From Callorhinchus milii (taxonomy: Eukaryota), in contig NW_024705351.1 of NCBI RefSeq assembly GCF_018977255.1, positions 1 to 52,272 of the forward strand: 52,272 nt of DNA. The letters are read 5' to 3'. Below are positions 28,135-40,584 of the stretch, one piece after another. Each line of letters opens with the position of its first letter. Position 1 is the stretch's first letter. A program made the position numbers and the translations under genes. The notes beneath the pieces are model-generated. The model ran no database searches, was not told the DNA's origin, and saw only the letters and a program-made list of their open reading frames with translations.

Positions 28135-29115
28135 ATGGAGCAGAAAAACTCTCCACAGCGGCACGCACACACGGGTAAGAAGCCATTCAATTGCGCTGTG
28201 TGCGGGAAGGCATTTGCAGATTCATCAACTCTTCGCAATCACCAAAAAACACACTCGGGTGAGAAGCCATTCAATTGCTCTGTTTGTGTGAAGGCATTTG
28301 CCCGTAAAGCAGATCTTCACACTCACCAAAAAACACACACGGGCGAGAAGCCGTTCAATTGCGCTGTGTGCTGGAAGGCATTTGCACGGAAATCAGATCT
28401 TCACAAGCACCAGAAAACACACACGGGCGAGAAGCCGTTCAATTGCTCTGTGTGTGGGAAGTCATTTGCAGATTCATCAACTCATCACAAGCACCAGAAA
28501 ACACACACGGGCGAGAAGCCGTTCAATTGCTCTGTGTGCGGGAAGTCATTTGCAGATTCATCAACTCTTCGCAATCACCAAAAAACACACTCGGGTGAGA
28601 AGCCATTCAATTGCTCTGTTTGTGTGAAGGCATTTGCCCGTAAAGCAGATCTTCACACTCACCAAAACACACACATGGGCGAGAAGCCGTTCAATTGCTC
28701 TCTGTGTGGGAAGCCATTTTCACGGAAATCAAATCTTCATCGTCACCAGGAAACACACACGGACGATAAGCCATTCAATTGTTCTCCGTTGGAGAGGACA
28801 CGGTCATCACCCCGAAACAAGCATGAGAAGATCCGCAATGATAGGAAAGTGAAATCAAAAGGAGAAATACAGAGTGCTGCAATGAGTCCTGAAAAAAATG
28901 CATCTTTCGAACCTATGCAGGTGGATCCTGAGAGATGCATGGATGTAATGAGTCCTGACGACAATTCCTATTTCGACCCCATGCAGTTGGATCCTGCGAG
29001 ATGGCTGGATGTACTGAGCCCTGACGACAATTCCTATTTCGACCCCATGCAGGTTGATAATGAGAAATGGCTGCTGGAGTGGCTGGATAATCAAAGTATT
29101 GAGAACTTCTGTTAA
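28135..29115 (+). CDS. ZF gene copy 9, type B, intact 326 aa: 7 C2H2 fingers, basic NLS-like region, 3x22-aa acidic tail
   Basis: Uninterrupted ORF. Helices DSSTLRN, RKADLHT, RKSDLHK, DSSTHHK, DSSTLRN, RKADLHT, RKSNLHR. The true N-terminus may differ if splicing adds an upstream exon. Confidence 0.93.
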   Translation: MEQKNSPQRHAHTGKKPFNCAVCGKAFADSSTLRNHQKTHSGEKPFNCSVCVKAFARKADLHTHQKTHTGEKPFNCAVCWKAFARKSDLHKHQKTHTGEKPFNCSVCGKSFADSSTHHKHQKTHTGEKPFNCSVCGKSFADSSTLRNHQKTHSGEKPFNCSVCVKAFARKADLHTHQNTHMGEKPFNCSLCGKPFSRKSNLHRHQETHTDDKPFNCSPLERTRSSPRNKHEKIRNDRKVKSKGEIQSAAMSPEKNASFEPMQVDPERCMDVMSPDDNSYFDPMQLDPARWLDVLSPDDNSYFDPMQVDNEKWLLEWLDNQSIENFC

Positions 29116-29223
29116 AGTCCTGGAATGTGCACGTTTGTGTCTCTGTTAGATCAATGTATTAGGTGCAATTGATTATATCAGTGATTTCCAGCACTACTCC
29201 AACCTAGTGTAATTCTTTTAACA

Positions 29224-29383
29224 AAACCGTTTGATTGCTCTGTGTGTTGGAAGCATTTTCACAGTCAGTAACACTTCACAGGCATCATCAAACAAAGAGT
29301 AAAAATGTTGTCATGAGTCCTCAACGAAATTCCTCTTTCGACCCCATGCAGTTGCATCCTGAGATATGGCTTGATGTAGTGGA
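29224..29383 (+). pseudogene. Fossil finger-plus-tail duplicate downstream of the stop codon (present in every complete unit)
   Basis: Reads [24 protein letters not shown]...MSPQRNSSFDPMQLHPEIWLDVV with one frameshift shared by the copies. Confidence 0.8.
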
Positions 29384-29671
29384 GTATTCGTGTCTCATAT
29401 ATATTTTTCGGTGATTTCTAGGACTTCAAGCTAGAGTGATGTTGTGAATGCTCTATAATGTGTTCAGATGAATGTCTTCCTTTAAGTTCCAGAAGTGTTC
29501 ACGGATTTCAGAATGACAACAATTTTATACTTTGGACGAATGGCTTCAGTCGAAAAGGACGTCAAAGGGAAATCGACGTTTACGTGTTTGATTTTAAGAA
29601 TATATTTTAACTGTTGAATTCCTATTGGGAAATAATTTGCCTAGTTCCTTTCCTGTTTGAGCATGCGTATT

Positions 29672-29723
29672 AATAAAGATTTCGATACGAGTATTAACGT
29701 GAGCTTTCTTGCAGATTAATAAA
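29672..29723 (+). terminator. Tandem AATAAA polyadenylation signals (example copy 9)
   Basis: AATAAA at 29672 and 29718, ~560-600 bp after the stop and conserved across units. Confidence 0.5.
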
Positions 29724-30941
29724 GACCTGTTTTTAAAGATGACTCATCGTACGTTATTGCTACCATAGTTTTCCTTTAAAAAACACGGACGAGTAGACAT
29801 ACACACACGAGTGTGCATCCAAACACGACTGTATATACAGCGGTGTGCATTCACACACGAGTGTGCATGTGTTTCTACGCTGTTTTCATTCATTTCGCAC
29901 CACGAGCGGGGAGTCTCATCCCTGTAGTTCCCTGTTGTGGTGGCGCATTCCTACCACGTTGCCCCTCAATTATTTGTACGACACAATATAAAAATAATTT
30001 GTTTGTTCCAATACATAATCATACACGAGTACACATACACTCTCATGTACACACACCCACACACGAGTGGACATACACAGCAGTGTAAGTACAAAGGGAT
30101 TGCGTTCGACTACACGAACAAATGGCAGAATTTTTAATATAAAACACTCGTTTTCTAGAAACACCCCGCTCAACACGATTGTCCTTAAATATATTTATAA
30201 AACAAAGTCAGTACAGTATAAACTTGCACATCTTATTCCAAATCAAGCTCGAGATCACCAATTTTGATACTTCAGACTGTATGTCACTTTATCATCCTCT
30301 AAACTTGCAGCAGTTTAGAGGACATTGGGGGGTGAATATTAGCAAATTAACACGAATCATGGAATTATGCATAGAGATGCACATCCGTATTCAAACGGAA
30401 GTGTACAATTATTCAGTGATATGTACATACGTATTATGTTGCTAGATATGCGGATTGTTAATGTAAAAATTAACAATTGAATGCAAATTCCATAATAGGC
30501 CAAGTCGAGAACAAAGAATTTGGATGCTAGAGCGGAATTATAAAGGGCTTAAAATCAGACCTCAAGGGCATTTCGAGAGGGATTTTGATGAGCATAGACG
30601 CTCGACTCCCCGCTCTGCAGATAACCCTTCTTCCACGAGACCCAGCCTGGCGAGCACGATTGCTTGGCGACTGGTTGGGGACTTTGCTTCGGGAGAGTTC
30701 GTGGCGATCTCTTCAGACGGGTTACAGGGACATCGATACGCCGTGCATCAACAAGTAAGTGTCTTTGTTAGTGGATAAACTGGTAATCGCGTGTGTATTC
30801 CGACTTCCGAGACGTTACTGTGACTCAGTTAGACGTTGGTAAAAAGTTAGCTTTCTTGGCGGTTAAACGTTAGTGAGAGTTGCTTTTTGGCGATTTGAGC
30901 CAGACATCCACGAAGTTTCTCTGCTCTGAAAAATCAGTCAC

Positions 30942-31922
30942 ATGGAGCAGAAAAACTCTCCACAGCGGCACGCACACACGGGTAAGAAGCCATTCAATTG
31001 CGCTGTGTGCGGGAAGGCATTTGCAGATTCATCAACTCTTCGCAATCACCAAAAAACACACTCGGGTGAGAAGCCATTCAATTGCTCTGTTTGTGTGAAG
31101 GCATTTGCCCGTAAAGCAGATCTTCACACTCACCAAAAAACACACACGGGCGAGAAGCCGTTCAATTGCGCTGTGTGCTGGAAGGCATTTGCACGGAAAT
31201 CAGATCTTCACAAGCACCAGAAAACACACACGGGCGAGAAGCCGTTCAATTGCTCTGTGTGTGGGAAGTCATTTGCAGATTCATCAACTCATCACAAGCA
31301 CCAGAAAACACACACGGGCGAGAAGCCGTTCAATTGCTCTGTGTGCGGGAAGTCATTTGCAGATTCATCAACTCTTCGCAATCACCAAAAAACACACTCG
31401 GGTGAGAAGCCATTCAATTGCTCTGTTTGTGTGAAGGCATTTGCCCGTAAAGCAGATCTTCACACTCACCAAAAAACACACACGGGCGAGAAGCCGTTCA
31501 ATTGCTCTCTGTGTGGGAAGCCATTTTCACGGAAATCAAATCTTCATCGTCACCAGGAAACACACACGGACGATAAGCCATTCAATTGTTCTCCGTTGGA
31601 GAGGACACGGTCATCACCCCGAAACAAGCATGAGAAGATCCGCAATGATAGGAAAGTGAAATCAAAAGGAGAAATACAGAGTGCTGCAATGAGTCCTGAA
31701 AAAAATGCATCTTTCGAACCTATGCAGGTGGATCCTGAGAGATGCATGGATGTAATGAGTCCTGACGACAATTCCTATTTCGACCCCATGCAGTTGGATC
31801 CTGCGAGATGGCTGGATGTACTGAGCCCTGACGACAATTCCTATTTCGACCCCATGCAGGTTGATAATGAGAAATGGCTGCTGGAGTGGCTGGATAATCA
31901 AAGTATTGAGAACTTCTGTTAA
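30942..31922 (+). CDS. ZF gene copy 10, type B, intact 326 aa
   Basis: Uninterrupted ORF. Differs from copy 9 only at QKTHT versus QNTHM. Confidence 0.93.
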   Translation: MEQKNSPQRHAHTGKKPFNCAVCGKAFADSSTLRNHQKTHSGEKPFNCSVCVKAFARKADLHTHQKTHTGEKPFNCAVCWKAFARKSDLHKHQKTHTGEKPFNCSVCGKSFADSSTHHKHQKTHTGEKPFNCSVCGKSFADSSTLRNHQKTHSGEKPFNCSVCVKAFARKADLHTHQKTHTGEKPFNCSLCGKPFSRKSNLHRHQETHTDDKPFNCSPLERTRSSPRNKHEKIRNDRKVKSKGEIQSAAMSPEKNASFEPMQVDPERCMDVMSPDDNSYFDPMQLDPARWLDVLSPDDNSYFDPMQVDNEKWLLEWLDNQSIENFC

Positions 31923-33663
31923 AGTCCTGGAATGTGCACGTTTGTTTCTCTGTTAGATCAATGTATTAGGTGCAATTGATTATATCAGTGATTTCCAGCA
32001 CTACTCCAACCTAGTGTAATTATTTTAACAAAACCGTTTGATTGCTCTGTGTGTTGGAAGCATTTTCACAGTCAGTAACACTTCACAGGCATCATCAAAC
32101 AAAGAGTAAAAATGTTGTCATGAGTCCTCAACGAAATTCCTCTTTCGACCCCATGCAGTTGCATCCTGAGATATGGCTTGATGTAGTGGAGTATTCGTGT
32201 CTCATATATATTTTTCGGTGATTTCTAGGACTTCAAGCTAGAGTGATGTTGTGAATGCTCTATAATGTGTTCAGATGAATGTCTTCCTTTAAGTTCCAGA
32301 AGTGTTCACGGATTTCAGAATGACAACAATTTTATACTTAGGACGAATGGCTTCAGTCGAAAAGGACGTCAAAGGGAAATCGACGTTTACGTGTTTGATT
32401 TTAAGAATATATTTTAACTGTTGAATTCCTATTGGGAAATAATTTGCCTAGTTCCTTTCCTGTTTGAGCACTGCGTATTAATAAAGATTTCGATACGAGT
32501 ATTAACGTGAGCTTTCTTGCAGATTAATAAAGACCTGTTTTTAAAGATGACTGATCGTACGTTATTGCTACCATAGTTTTCCTTTAAAAAACACGGACGA
32601 GTAGACATACACACACGAGTGTGCATCCAAACACGACTGTATATACAGCGGTGTGCATTCACACACGAGTGTGCATGTGTTTCTACGCTGTTTTCATTCA
32701 TTTCGCACCACGAGCGGGGAGTCTCATCCCTGTAGTTCCCTGTTGTGGTGGCGCATTCCTACCACGTTGCCCCTCAATTATTTGTACGACACAATATAAA
32801 AATAATTTGTTTGTTCCAATACATAATCATACACGAGTACACATACACTCTCATGTACACACACCCACACACGAGTGGACATACACAGCAGTGTAAGTAC
32901 AAAGGGATTGCGTTCGACTACGCGAACAAATGGCAGAATTTTTAATATAAAACACTCGTTTTCTAGAAACACCCCGCTCAACACGATTGTACTTAAATAT
33001 ATTTATAAAACAAAGTCAGTACAGTATAAACTTGCACATCTTATTCCAAATCAAGCTCGAGATCACCAATTTTGATACTTCAGACTGTATGTCACTTTAT
33101 CATCCTCTAAACTTGCAGCAGTTTAGAGGACATTGGGGGGTGAATATTAGCAAATTAACACGAATCATGGAATTATGCATAGAGATGCACATCCGTATTC
33201 AAACGGAAGTGTACAATTATTCAGTGATATGTACATACGTATTATGTTGCTAGATATGCGGATTGTTAATGTAAAAATTAACAATTGAATGCAAATTCCA
33301 TAATAGGCCAAGTCGAGAACAAAGAATTTGGATGCTAGAGCAGAATTATAAAGGGCTTAAAATCAGACCTCAAGGGCATTTCGAGAGGGATTTTGATGAG
33401 CATAGACGCTCGACTCCCCGCTCTGCAGATAACCCTTCTTCCACGAGACCCAGCCTGGCGAGCACGATTGCTTGGCGACTGGTTGGGGACTTTGCTTCGG
33501 GAGAGTTCGTGGCGATCTCTTCAGACGGGTTACAGGGACATCGATACGCCGTGCATCAACAAGTAAGTGTCTTTGTTAGTGGATAAACTGGTAATCGCGT
33601 GTGTATTCCGACTTCCGAGACGTTACTGTGACTCGGTTAAACGTTAGTGGAAAAATCAGTCAC

Positions 33664-34642
33664 ATGGAGCAGAAAAACTCTCCACAGCGGCACGCACACA
33701 CGGGTAAGAAGCCATTCAATTGCGCTGTGTGCGGGAAGGCATTTGCAGATTCATCAACTCTTCGCAATCACCAAAAAACACACTCGGGTGAGAAGCCATT
33801 CAATTGCTCTGTTTGTGTGAAGGCATTTGCCCGTAAAGCAGATCTTCACACTCACCAAAAACACACACGGGCGAGAAGCCGTTCAATTGCGCTGTGTGCT
33901 GGAAGGCATTTGCACGGAAATCAGATCTTCACAAGCACCAGAAAACACACACGGGCGAGAAGCCGTTCAATTGCTCTGTGTGTGGGAAGTCATTTGCAGA
34001 TTCATCAACTCATCACAAGCACCAGAAAACACACACGGGCGAGAAGCCGTTCAATTGCTCTGTGTGCGGGAAGTCATTTGCAGATTCATCAACTCTTCGC
34101 AATCACCAAAAAACACACTCGGGTGAGAAGCCATTCAATTGCTCTGTTGTGTGAAGGCATTTGCCCGTAAAGCAGATCTTCACACTCACCAAAAAACACA
34201 CACGGGCGAGAAGCCGTTCAATTGCTCTCTGTGTGGGAAGCCATTTTCACGGAAATCAAATCTTCATCGTCACCAGGAAACACACACGGACGATAAGCCA
34301 TTCAATTGTTCTCCGTTGGAGAGGACACGGTCATCACCCCGAAACAAGCATGAGAAGATCCGCAATGATAGGAAAGTGAAATCAAAAGGAGAAATACAGA
34401 GTGCTGCAATGAGTCCTGAAAAAAATGCATCTTTCGAACCTATGCAGGTGGATCCTGAGAGATGCATGGATGTAATGAGTCCTGACGACAATTCCTATTT
34501 CGACCCCATGCAGTTGGATCCTGCGAGATGGCTGGATGTACTGAGCCCTGACGACAATTCCTATTTCGACCCCATGCAGGTTGATAATGAGAAATGGCTG
34601 CTGGAGTGGCTGGATAATCAAAGTATTGAGTACTTCTGGTAA
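33664..34642 (+). CDS. ZF gene copy 11, type B, 7 fingers (2 frameshifts)
   Basis: ATG at 33664. ORFs 33894..34154 and 34139..34642. Confidence 0.8.
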
Positions 34643-35180
34643 AGTCCTGGAATGTGCACGTTTGTGTCTCTGTTAGATCAATGTATTAGGTGCAATTGAT
34701 AATATCAGTGATTTCCAGCACTACTCCAACCTAGTGTAATTATTTTAACAAAACCGTTTGATTGCTCTGTGTGTTGGAAGCATTTTCACAGTCAGTAACA
34801 CTTCACAGGCATCATCAAACAAAGAGTAAAAATGTTGTCATGAGTCCTCAACGAAATTCCTCTTTCGACCCCATGCAGTTGCATCCTGAGATATGGCTTG
34901 ATGTAGTGGAGTATTCGTGTCTCATATATATTTTTCGGTGATTTCTAGGACTTCAAGCTAGAGTGATGTTGTGAATGCTCTATAATGTGTTCAGATGAAT
35001 GTCTTCCTTTAAGTTCCAGAAGTGTTCACGGATTTCAGAATGACAACAATTTTATACTTAGGACGAATGGCTTCAGTCGAAAAGGACGTCAAAGGGAAAT
35101 CGACGTTTACGTGTTTGATTTTAAGAATATATTTTAACTGTTGAATTCCTATTGGGAAATAATTTGCCTAGTTCCTTTCC

Positions 35181-35412
35181 TTCGATTTAAAGCTTTCGTG
35201 ATGCAGGATCATCTTTTGTCTATCGTATATCAGTAGAAGGAATAATAAAAATAAAAATAAAACATAATAAACAATTCTCACGACGTTCGCCACAACGCAA
35301 GCAGCGTCTAACGGCTCAAGCAGCCTCCTCAACGGCTGCTTCGTTGGCCGAAACGTCTAGATTTATATGTTTATTATTATTATACCCCTACGTACTACGA
35401 AAAACCAAAATA
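35181..35412 (-). mobile_element. Same foldback insertion, heavily garbled, after copy 11
   Basis: Same site. TTCGATTTAAAGCTTTCGTG start and GGCCGAAACGTC retained. Confidence 0.65.
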
Positions 35413-36577
35413 TCCTTCCTAGCATCTATAATAAAGATTCATCGATATAACTGACTTTTCAGAAAAAAGACCTGTTTTAAAGATGACTGATCGTACGTTA
35501 TTGCTACCATAGTTTTCCTTTAAAAAAACACGGACGAGTAGACATACACACACGAGTTTGCATCCAAACACGACTGTATATACAGCGGTGTGCATTCACA
35601 CACGAGTGTGCATGTTTTCTACGCTGTTTTCATTCATTTCGCACCACGAGCGGGGAGTATCATCCCTGTAGTTCCCTGTTGTGTGGCGCATTCCTACCAC
35701 GTTGCCCCTCAATTATTTGTACGACACAATATAAAAATAATTGTTTGTTCCAATACATAATCATACACGAGTACACATACACTCTCATGTACACACACCC
35801 ACACACGATGGACATACACAGCAGTGTAAGTACAAAGGGATTGCGTTCGACTACGCGAACAAATGGCAGAATTTTTAATATAAAACACTCGTTTTCTAGA
35901 AACACCCCGCTCAACACGATTGTACTTAAATATATTTATAAAACAAAGTCAGTACAGTATAAACTTGCACATCTTATTCCAAATCAAGCTCGAGATCACC
36001 AATTTTGATACTTCAGACTGTATGTCACTTTATCATCCTCTAAACTTGCAGCAGTTTAGAGGACATTGGGGGGTGAATATTAGCAAATTAACACGAATCA
36101 TGGAATATGCATAGAGATGCACATCCGTATTCAAACGGAAGTGTACAATTATTCAGTGATATGTACATACGTATTATGTTGCTAGATATGCGGATTGTTA
36201 ATGTAAAAATTAACAATTGAATGCAAATTCCATAATAGGCCAAGTCGAGAACAAAGAATTTGGATGCTAGAGCAGAATTATAAAGGGCTTAAAATCAGAC
36301 CTCAAGGGCATTTCGAGAGGGATTTGATGAGCATAGACGCTCGACTCCCCGCTCTGCAGATAACCCTTCTTCCACGAGACCCAGCCTGGCGAGCACGATT
36401 GCTTGGCGACTGGCTGGGGACTTTGCTTCGGGAGAGTTCGTGGCGATCTCTTCAGACGGTTACAGGGACATCGATACGCCGTGCATCAACAAGTAAGTGT
36501 CTTTGTTAGTGGATAAACTGGTAATCGCGTGTGTATTCCGACTTCCGAGACGTTACTGTGACTCGGTTAAACGTTAA

Positions 36578-37553
36578 GTGGAGCAGAAAAACTCTCCACA
36601 GCGGCACGCACACACGGGTAAGAAGCCATTCAATTGCGCTGTGTGCGGGGAAGCATTTGCAGATTCATCAACTCTCCGCAATCACCAAAAAACACACACG
36701 GGTGAGAAGCCATTCAATTGCTCTGTTCGTGTGAAGGCATTTGCCCGTAAAGCAGATCTTCACACTCACCAAAAAACACACACGGGAGAGAAGCCGTTCA
36801 ATTGTGCTGGTGTGCTGGAAGGCATTTGCACGGAAATCAGATCTTCACAAGCACCAGAAAACACACACGGGCGAGAAGCCGTTCAATTGCTCTGTGTGTG
36901 GGAAGTCATTTGCAGATTCATCAACTCATCACAAGCACCAGAAAACACACACGGGCGAGAAGCCGTTCAATTGCTCTGTGGCGGGAAGTCATTTGCAGAT
37001 TCATCAACTCTTCGCAATCACCAAAAAACACACTCGGGTGAGAAGCCGTTCAATTGCTCTGTGTGAAGGCATTTGCCCGTAAAGCAGATCTTCACACTCA
37101 CCAAAAAACACACACGGGCGAGAAGCCGTTCAATTGCTCTCTGGTGGGAAGCCATTTTCACGGAAATCAAATCTTCATCGTCACCAGGAAACACACACGG
37201 ACGATAAGCCATTCAATTGTTCTCCGTTGGAGAGGACACGGTCATCACCCCGAAACAAGCATAAGAAGATCCGCAATGATAGGAAAGTGAAATCAAAAGG
37301 AGAAATACAGATTGCTGCAATGAGTCCTGAAAAAAATGCATCTTTCGAACCTATGCAGGTGGATCCTGAGAGATGCATGGATGTAATGAGTCCTGACGAC
37401 AATTCCTATTTCGACCCCATGCAGTTGGATCCTGCGAGATGGCTGGATGTACTGAGCCCTGACGACAATTCCTATTTCGACCCCATGCAGGTTGATAATG
37501 AGAAATGGCTGCTGGAGTGGCTGGATAATCAAAGTATGAGTACTTCTGGTTAA
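36578..37553 (+). CDS. ZF gene copy 12, type B, ATG removed by upstream deletion, several indels
   Basis: GTGGAGCAG replaces ATGGAGCAG. Fragmented finger ORFs. Confidence 0.7.
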
Positions 37554-38093
37554 AGTCTGGAATGTGCACGTTTGTTTCTCTGTTAGATCAATGTATTAGG
37601 TGCAATTGATAATATCAGTGATTTCCAGCACTACTCCAACCTAGTGTAATTATTTTAACAAAACCGTTTGATTGCTCTGTGTGTTGGAAGCATTTTCACA
37701 GTCAGCAACACTTCACAGGCATCATCAAACAAAGAGTAAAAATGTTGTCATGAGTCCTCAACGAAATTCCTCTTTCGACCCCATGCAGTTGCATCATGAG
37801 ATATGGCTTGATGTAGTGGAGTATTCGTGTCTCATATATATTTTTCGGTGATTTCTAGGACTTCAAGCTAGAGTGATGTTGTGAATGCTCTATAATGTGT
37901 TCAGATGAATGTCTTCCTTTAAGTTCCAGAAGTGTTCACGGATTTCAGAATGACAACAACTTTATACTTAGGACGAATGGCTTCAGTCGAAAAGGACGTC
38001 AAAAGGGAAATCGACGTTTACGTGTTTGATTTTAAGAATATATTTTAACTGTTGAATTCCTATTGGGGAAAAAAATTGCCTAGTTCCTTTCCT

Positions 38094-38341
38094 TTCGATT
38101 TAAAGCTTTCGTGACTGCAGGATTCATCTTCTTGTTCTTCCGTAAGTCACGTAAAGGAGTAATAAAATAATAAAAAAAACATAATAACAATTCTCCGACG
38201 TTCGGCCACAACCAGCAGTCCTCACCTGCAAGCACCGTCCTCAACGGCTGCTGCGTTTGCCGAAACGTCGTGAGAATGTTTTTATGTTTATTTTTTATTT
38301 TATTACTTCCCTCTACGTGACTTTACCGAAAAACCAAAAGA
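38094..38341 (-). mobile_element. Same foldback insertion, degraded or poorly resolved, after copy 12
   Basis: Same site. Recognisable arms with many small deletions. Confidence 0.7.
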
Positions 38342-39604
38342 TAGTCCTTCCGTTTGAGCATGCGTATTAATAAAGATTTCGATACGATATTAACGTGAGC
38401 TTTCTTGCAGATTAATAAAGACCTGTTTTTAAAGATGACTGATCGTACGTTATTGCTACCATAGTTTTCCTTTAAAAAAAACACGGACGAGTAGACATAC
38501 ACACACGAGTTTGCATCCAAACACGACTGTATATACAGCGGTGTGCATTCACACACGAGTGTGCATGTGTTTCTACGCTGTTTTCATTCATTTCGCACCA
38601 CGAGCGGGGAGTATCATCCCTGTAGTTCCCTGTTGTGGTGGCGCATTCCTACCACGTTGCCCCTCAATTATTTGTACGACACAATATAAAAATAAATTGT
38701 TTGTTCCAATACATAATCATACACGAGTACACATACACTCTCATGTACACACACCCACACACGAGTGGACATACACAGCAGTGTAAGTACAAAGGGATTG
38801 CGTTCGACTACGCGAACAAATGGCAGAATTTTTAATATAAAACACTCGTTTTCTAGAAACACCCCGCTCAACACGATTGTACTTAAATATATTTATAAAA
38901 CAAAGTCAGTACAGTATAAACTTGCACATCTTATTCCAAATCAAGCTCGAGATCACCAATTTTGATACTTCAGACTGTATGTCACTTTATCATCCTCTAA
39001 ACTTGCAGCAGTTTAGAGGACATTGGGGGGTGAATATTAGCAAATTAACACGAATCATGGAATTATGCATAGAGATGCACATCCGTATTCAAACGGAAGT
39101 GTACAATTATTCAGTGATATGTACATACGTATTATGTTGCTAGATATGCGGATTGTTAATGTAAAAATTAACAATTGAATGCAAATTCCATAATAGGCCA
39201 AGTCGAGAACAAAGAATTTGGATGCTAGAGCAGAATTATAAAGGGCTTAAAATCAGACCTCAAGGGCATTTCGAGAGGGATTTTGATGAGCATAGACGCT
39301 CGACTCCCCGCTCTGCAGATAACCCTTCTTCCACGAGACCCAGCCTGGCGAGCACGATTGCTTGGCGACTGGCTGGGACTTTGCTTCGGGAGAGTTCGTG
39401 GCGATCTCTTCAGACGGGTTACAGGGACATCGATACGCCGTGCATCAACAAGTAAGTGTCTTTGTTAGTGGATAAACTGGTAATCGCGTGTGTATTCCGA
39501 CTTCCGAGACGTTACTGTGACTCGGTTAAACGTTAGTGAGAGTTGCTTTTTGGCGATTTGAGCCAGACATCCACGAAGTTTCTCTGCTCTGAAAAATCAG
39601 TCAC

Positions 39605-40584
39605 ATGGAGCAGAAAAACTCTCCACAGCGGCACGCACACACGGGTAAGAAGCCATTCAATTGCGCTGTGTGCGGGAAGGCATTTGCAGATTCATCAACT
39701 CTTCGCAATCACCAAAAAACACACTCGGTGAGAAGCCATTCAATTGCTCTGTTTGTGTGAAGGCATTTGCCCGTAAAGCAGATCTTCACACTCACCAAAA
39801 AACACACACGGGCGAGAAGCCGTTCAATTGTGCTGTGTGCTGGAAGGCATTTGCACGGAAATCAGATCTTCACAAGCACCAGAAAACACACACGGGCGAG
39901 AAGCCGTTCAATTGCTCTGTGTGTGGGAAGTCATTTGCAGATTCATCAACTCATCACAAGCACCAGAAAACACACACGGGCGAGAAGCCGTTCAATTGCT
40001 CTGTGTGCGGGAAGTCATTTGCAGATTCATCAACTCTTCGCAATCACCAAAAAACACACTCGGGTGAGAAGCCGTTCAATTGCTCTGTTTGTGTGAAGGC
40101 ATTTGCCCGTAAAGCAGATCTTCACACTCACCAAAAAACACACACGGGCGAGAAGCCGTTCAATTGCTCTCTGTGTGGGAAGCCATTTTCACGGAAATCA
40201 AATCTTCATCGTCACCAGGAAACACACACGGACGATAAGCCATTCAATTGTTCTCCGTTGGAGAGGACACGGTCATCACCCCGAAACAAGCATAAGAAGA
40301 TCCGCAATGATAGGAAAGTGAAATCAAAAGGAGAAATACAGAGTGCTGCAATGAGTCCTGAAAAAAATGCATCTTTCGAACCTATGCAGGTGGATCCTGA
40401 GAGATGCATGGATGTAATGAGTCCTGACGACAATTCCTATTTCGACCCCATGCAGTTGGATCCTGCGAGATGGCTGGATGTACTGAGCCCTGACGACAAT
40501 TCCTATTTCGACCCCATGCAGGTTGATAATGAGAAATGGCTGCTGGAGTGGCTGGATAATCAAAGTATTGAGTACTTCTGTTAA
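39605..40584 (+). CDS. ZF gene copy 13, type B, 7 fingers (1 frameshift)
   Basis: ATG at 39605. ORF 39661..40584. Confidence 0.85.

Noticed and set aside
28170-28780. 84-bp periodic repeats as a CRISPR-like array
   Set aside because: They are in-frame 28-codon zinc fingers with no unique spacers, in eukaryotic context.
28743-29094. Recurrent antisense ORFs (MIIQPLQQ..., MSSGLITS...) and alternate-frame ORFs (MPVKQIF..., [12 protein letters not shown])
   Set aside because: These are shadows of the repetitive ZF coding sequence. Their recurrence only reflects the array.
28135-29115. Assignment to PRDM9, ZSCAN4 or a KRAB-ZNF
   Set aside because: No SET, SCAN or KRAB sequence is recognisable within the unit, so the comparison is an analogy only.
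29813-30445. Short His/Thr/Cys/Val-rich spacer ORFs
   Set aside because: They are translations of CA/TG low-complexity DNA, and their frames break between units.
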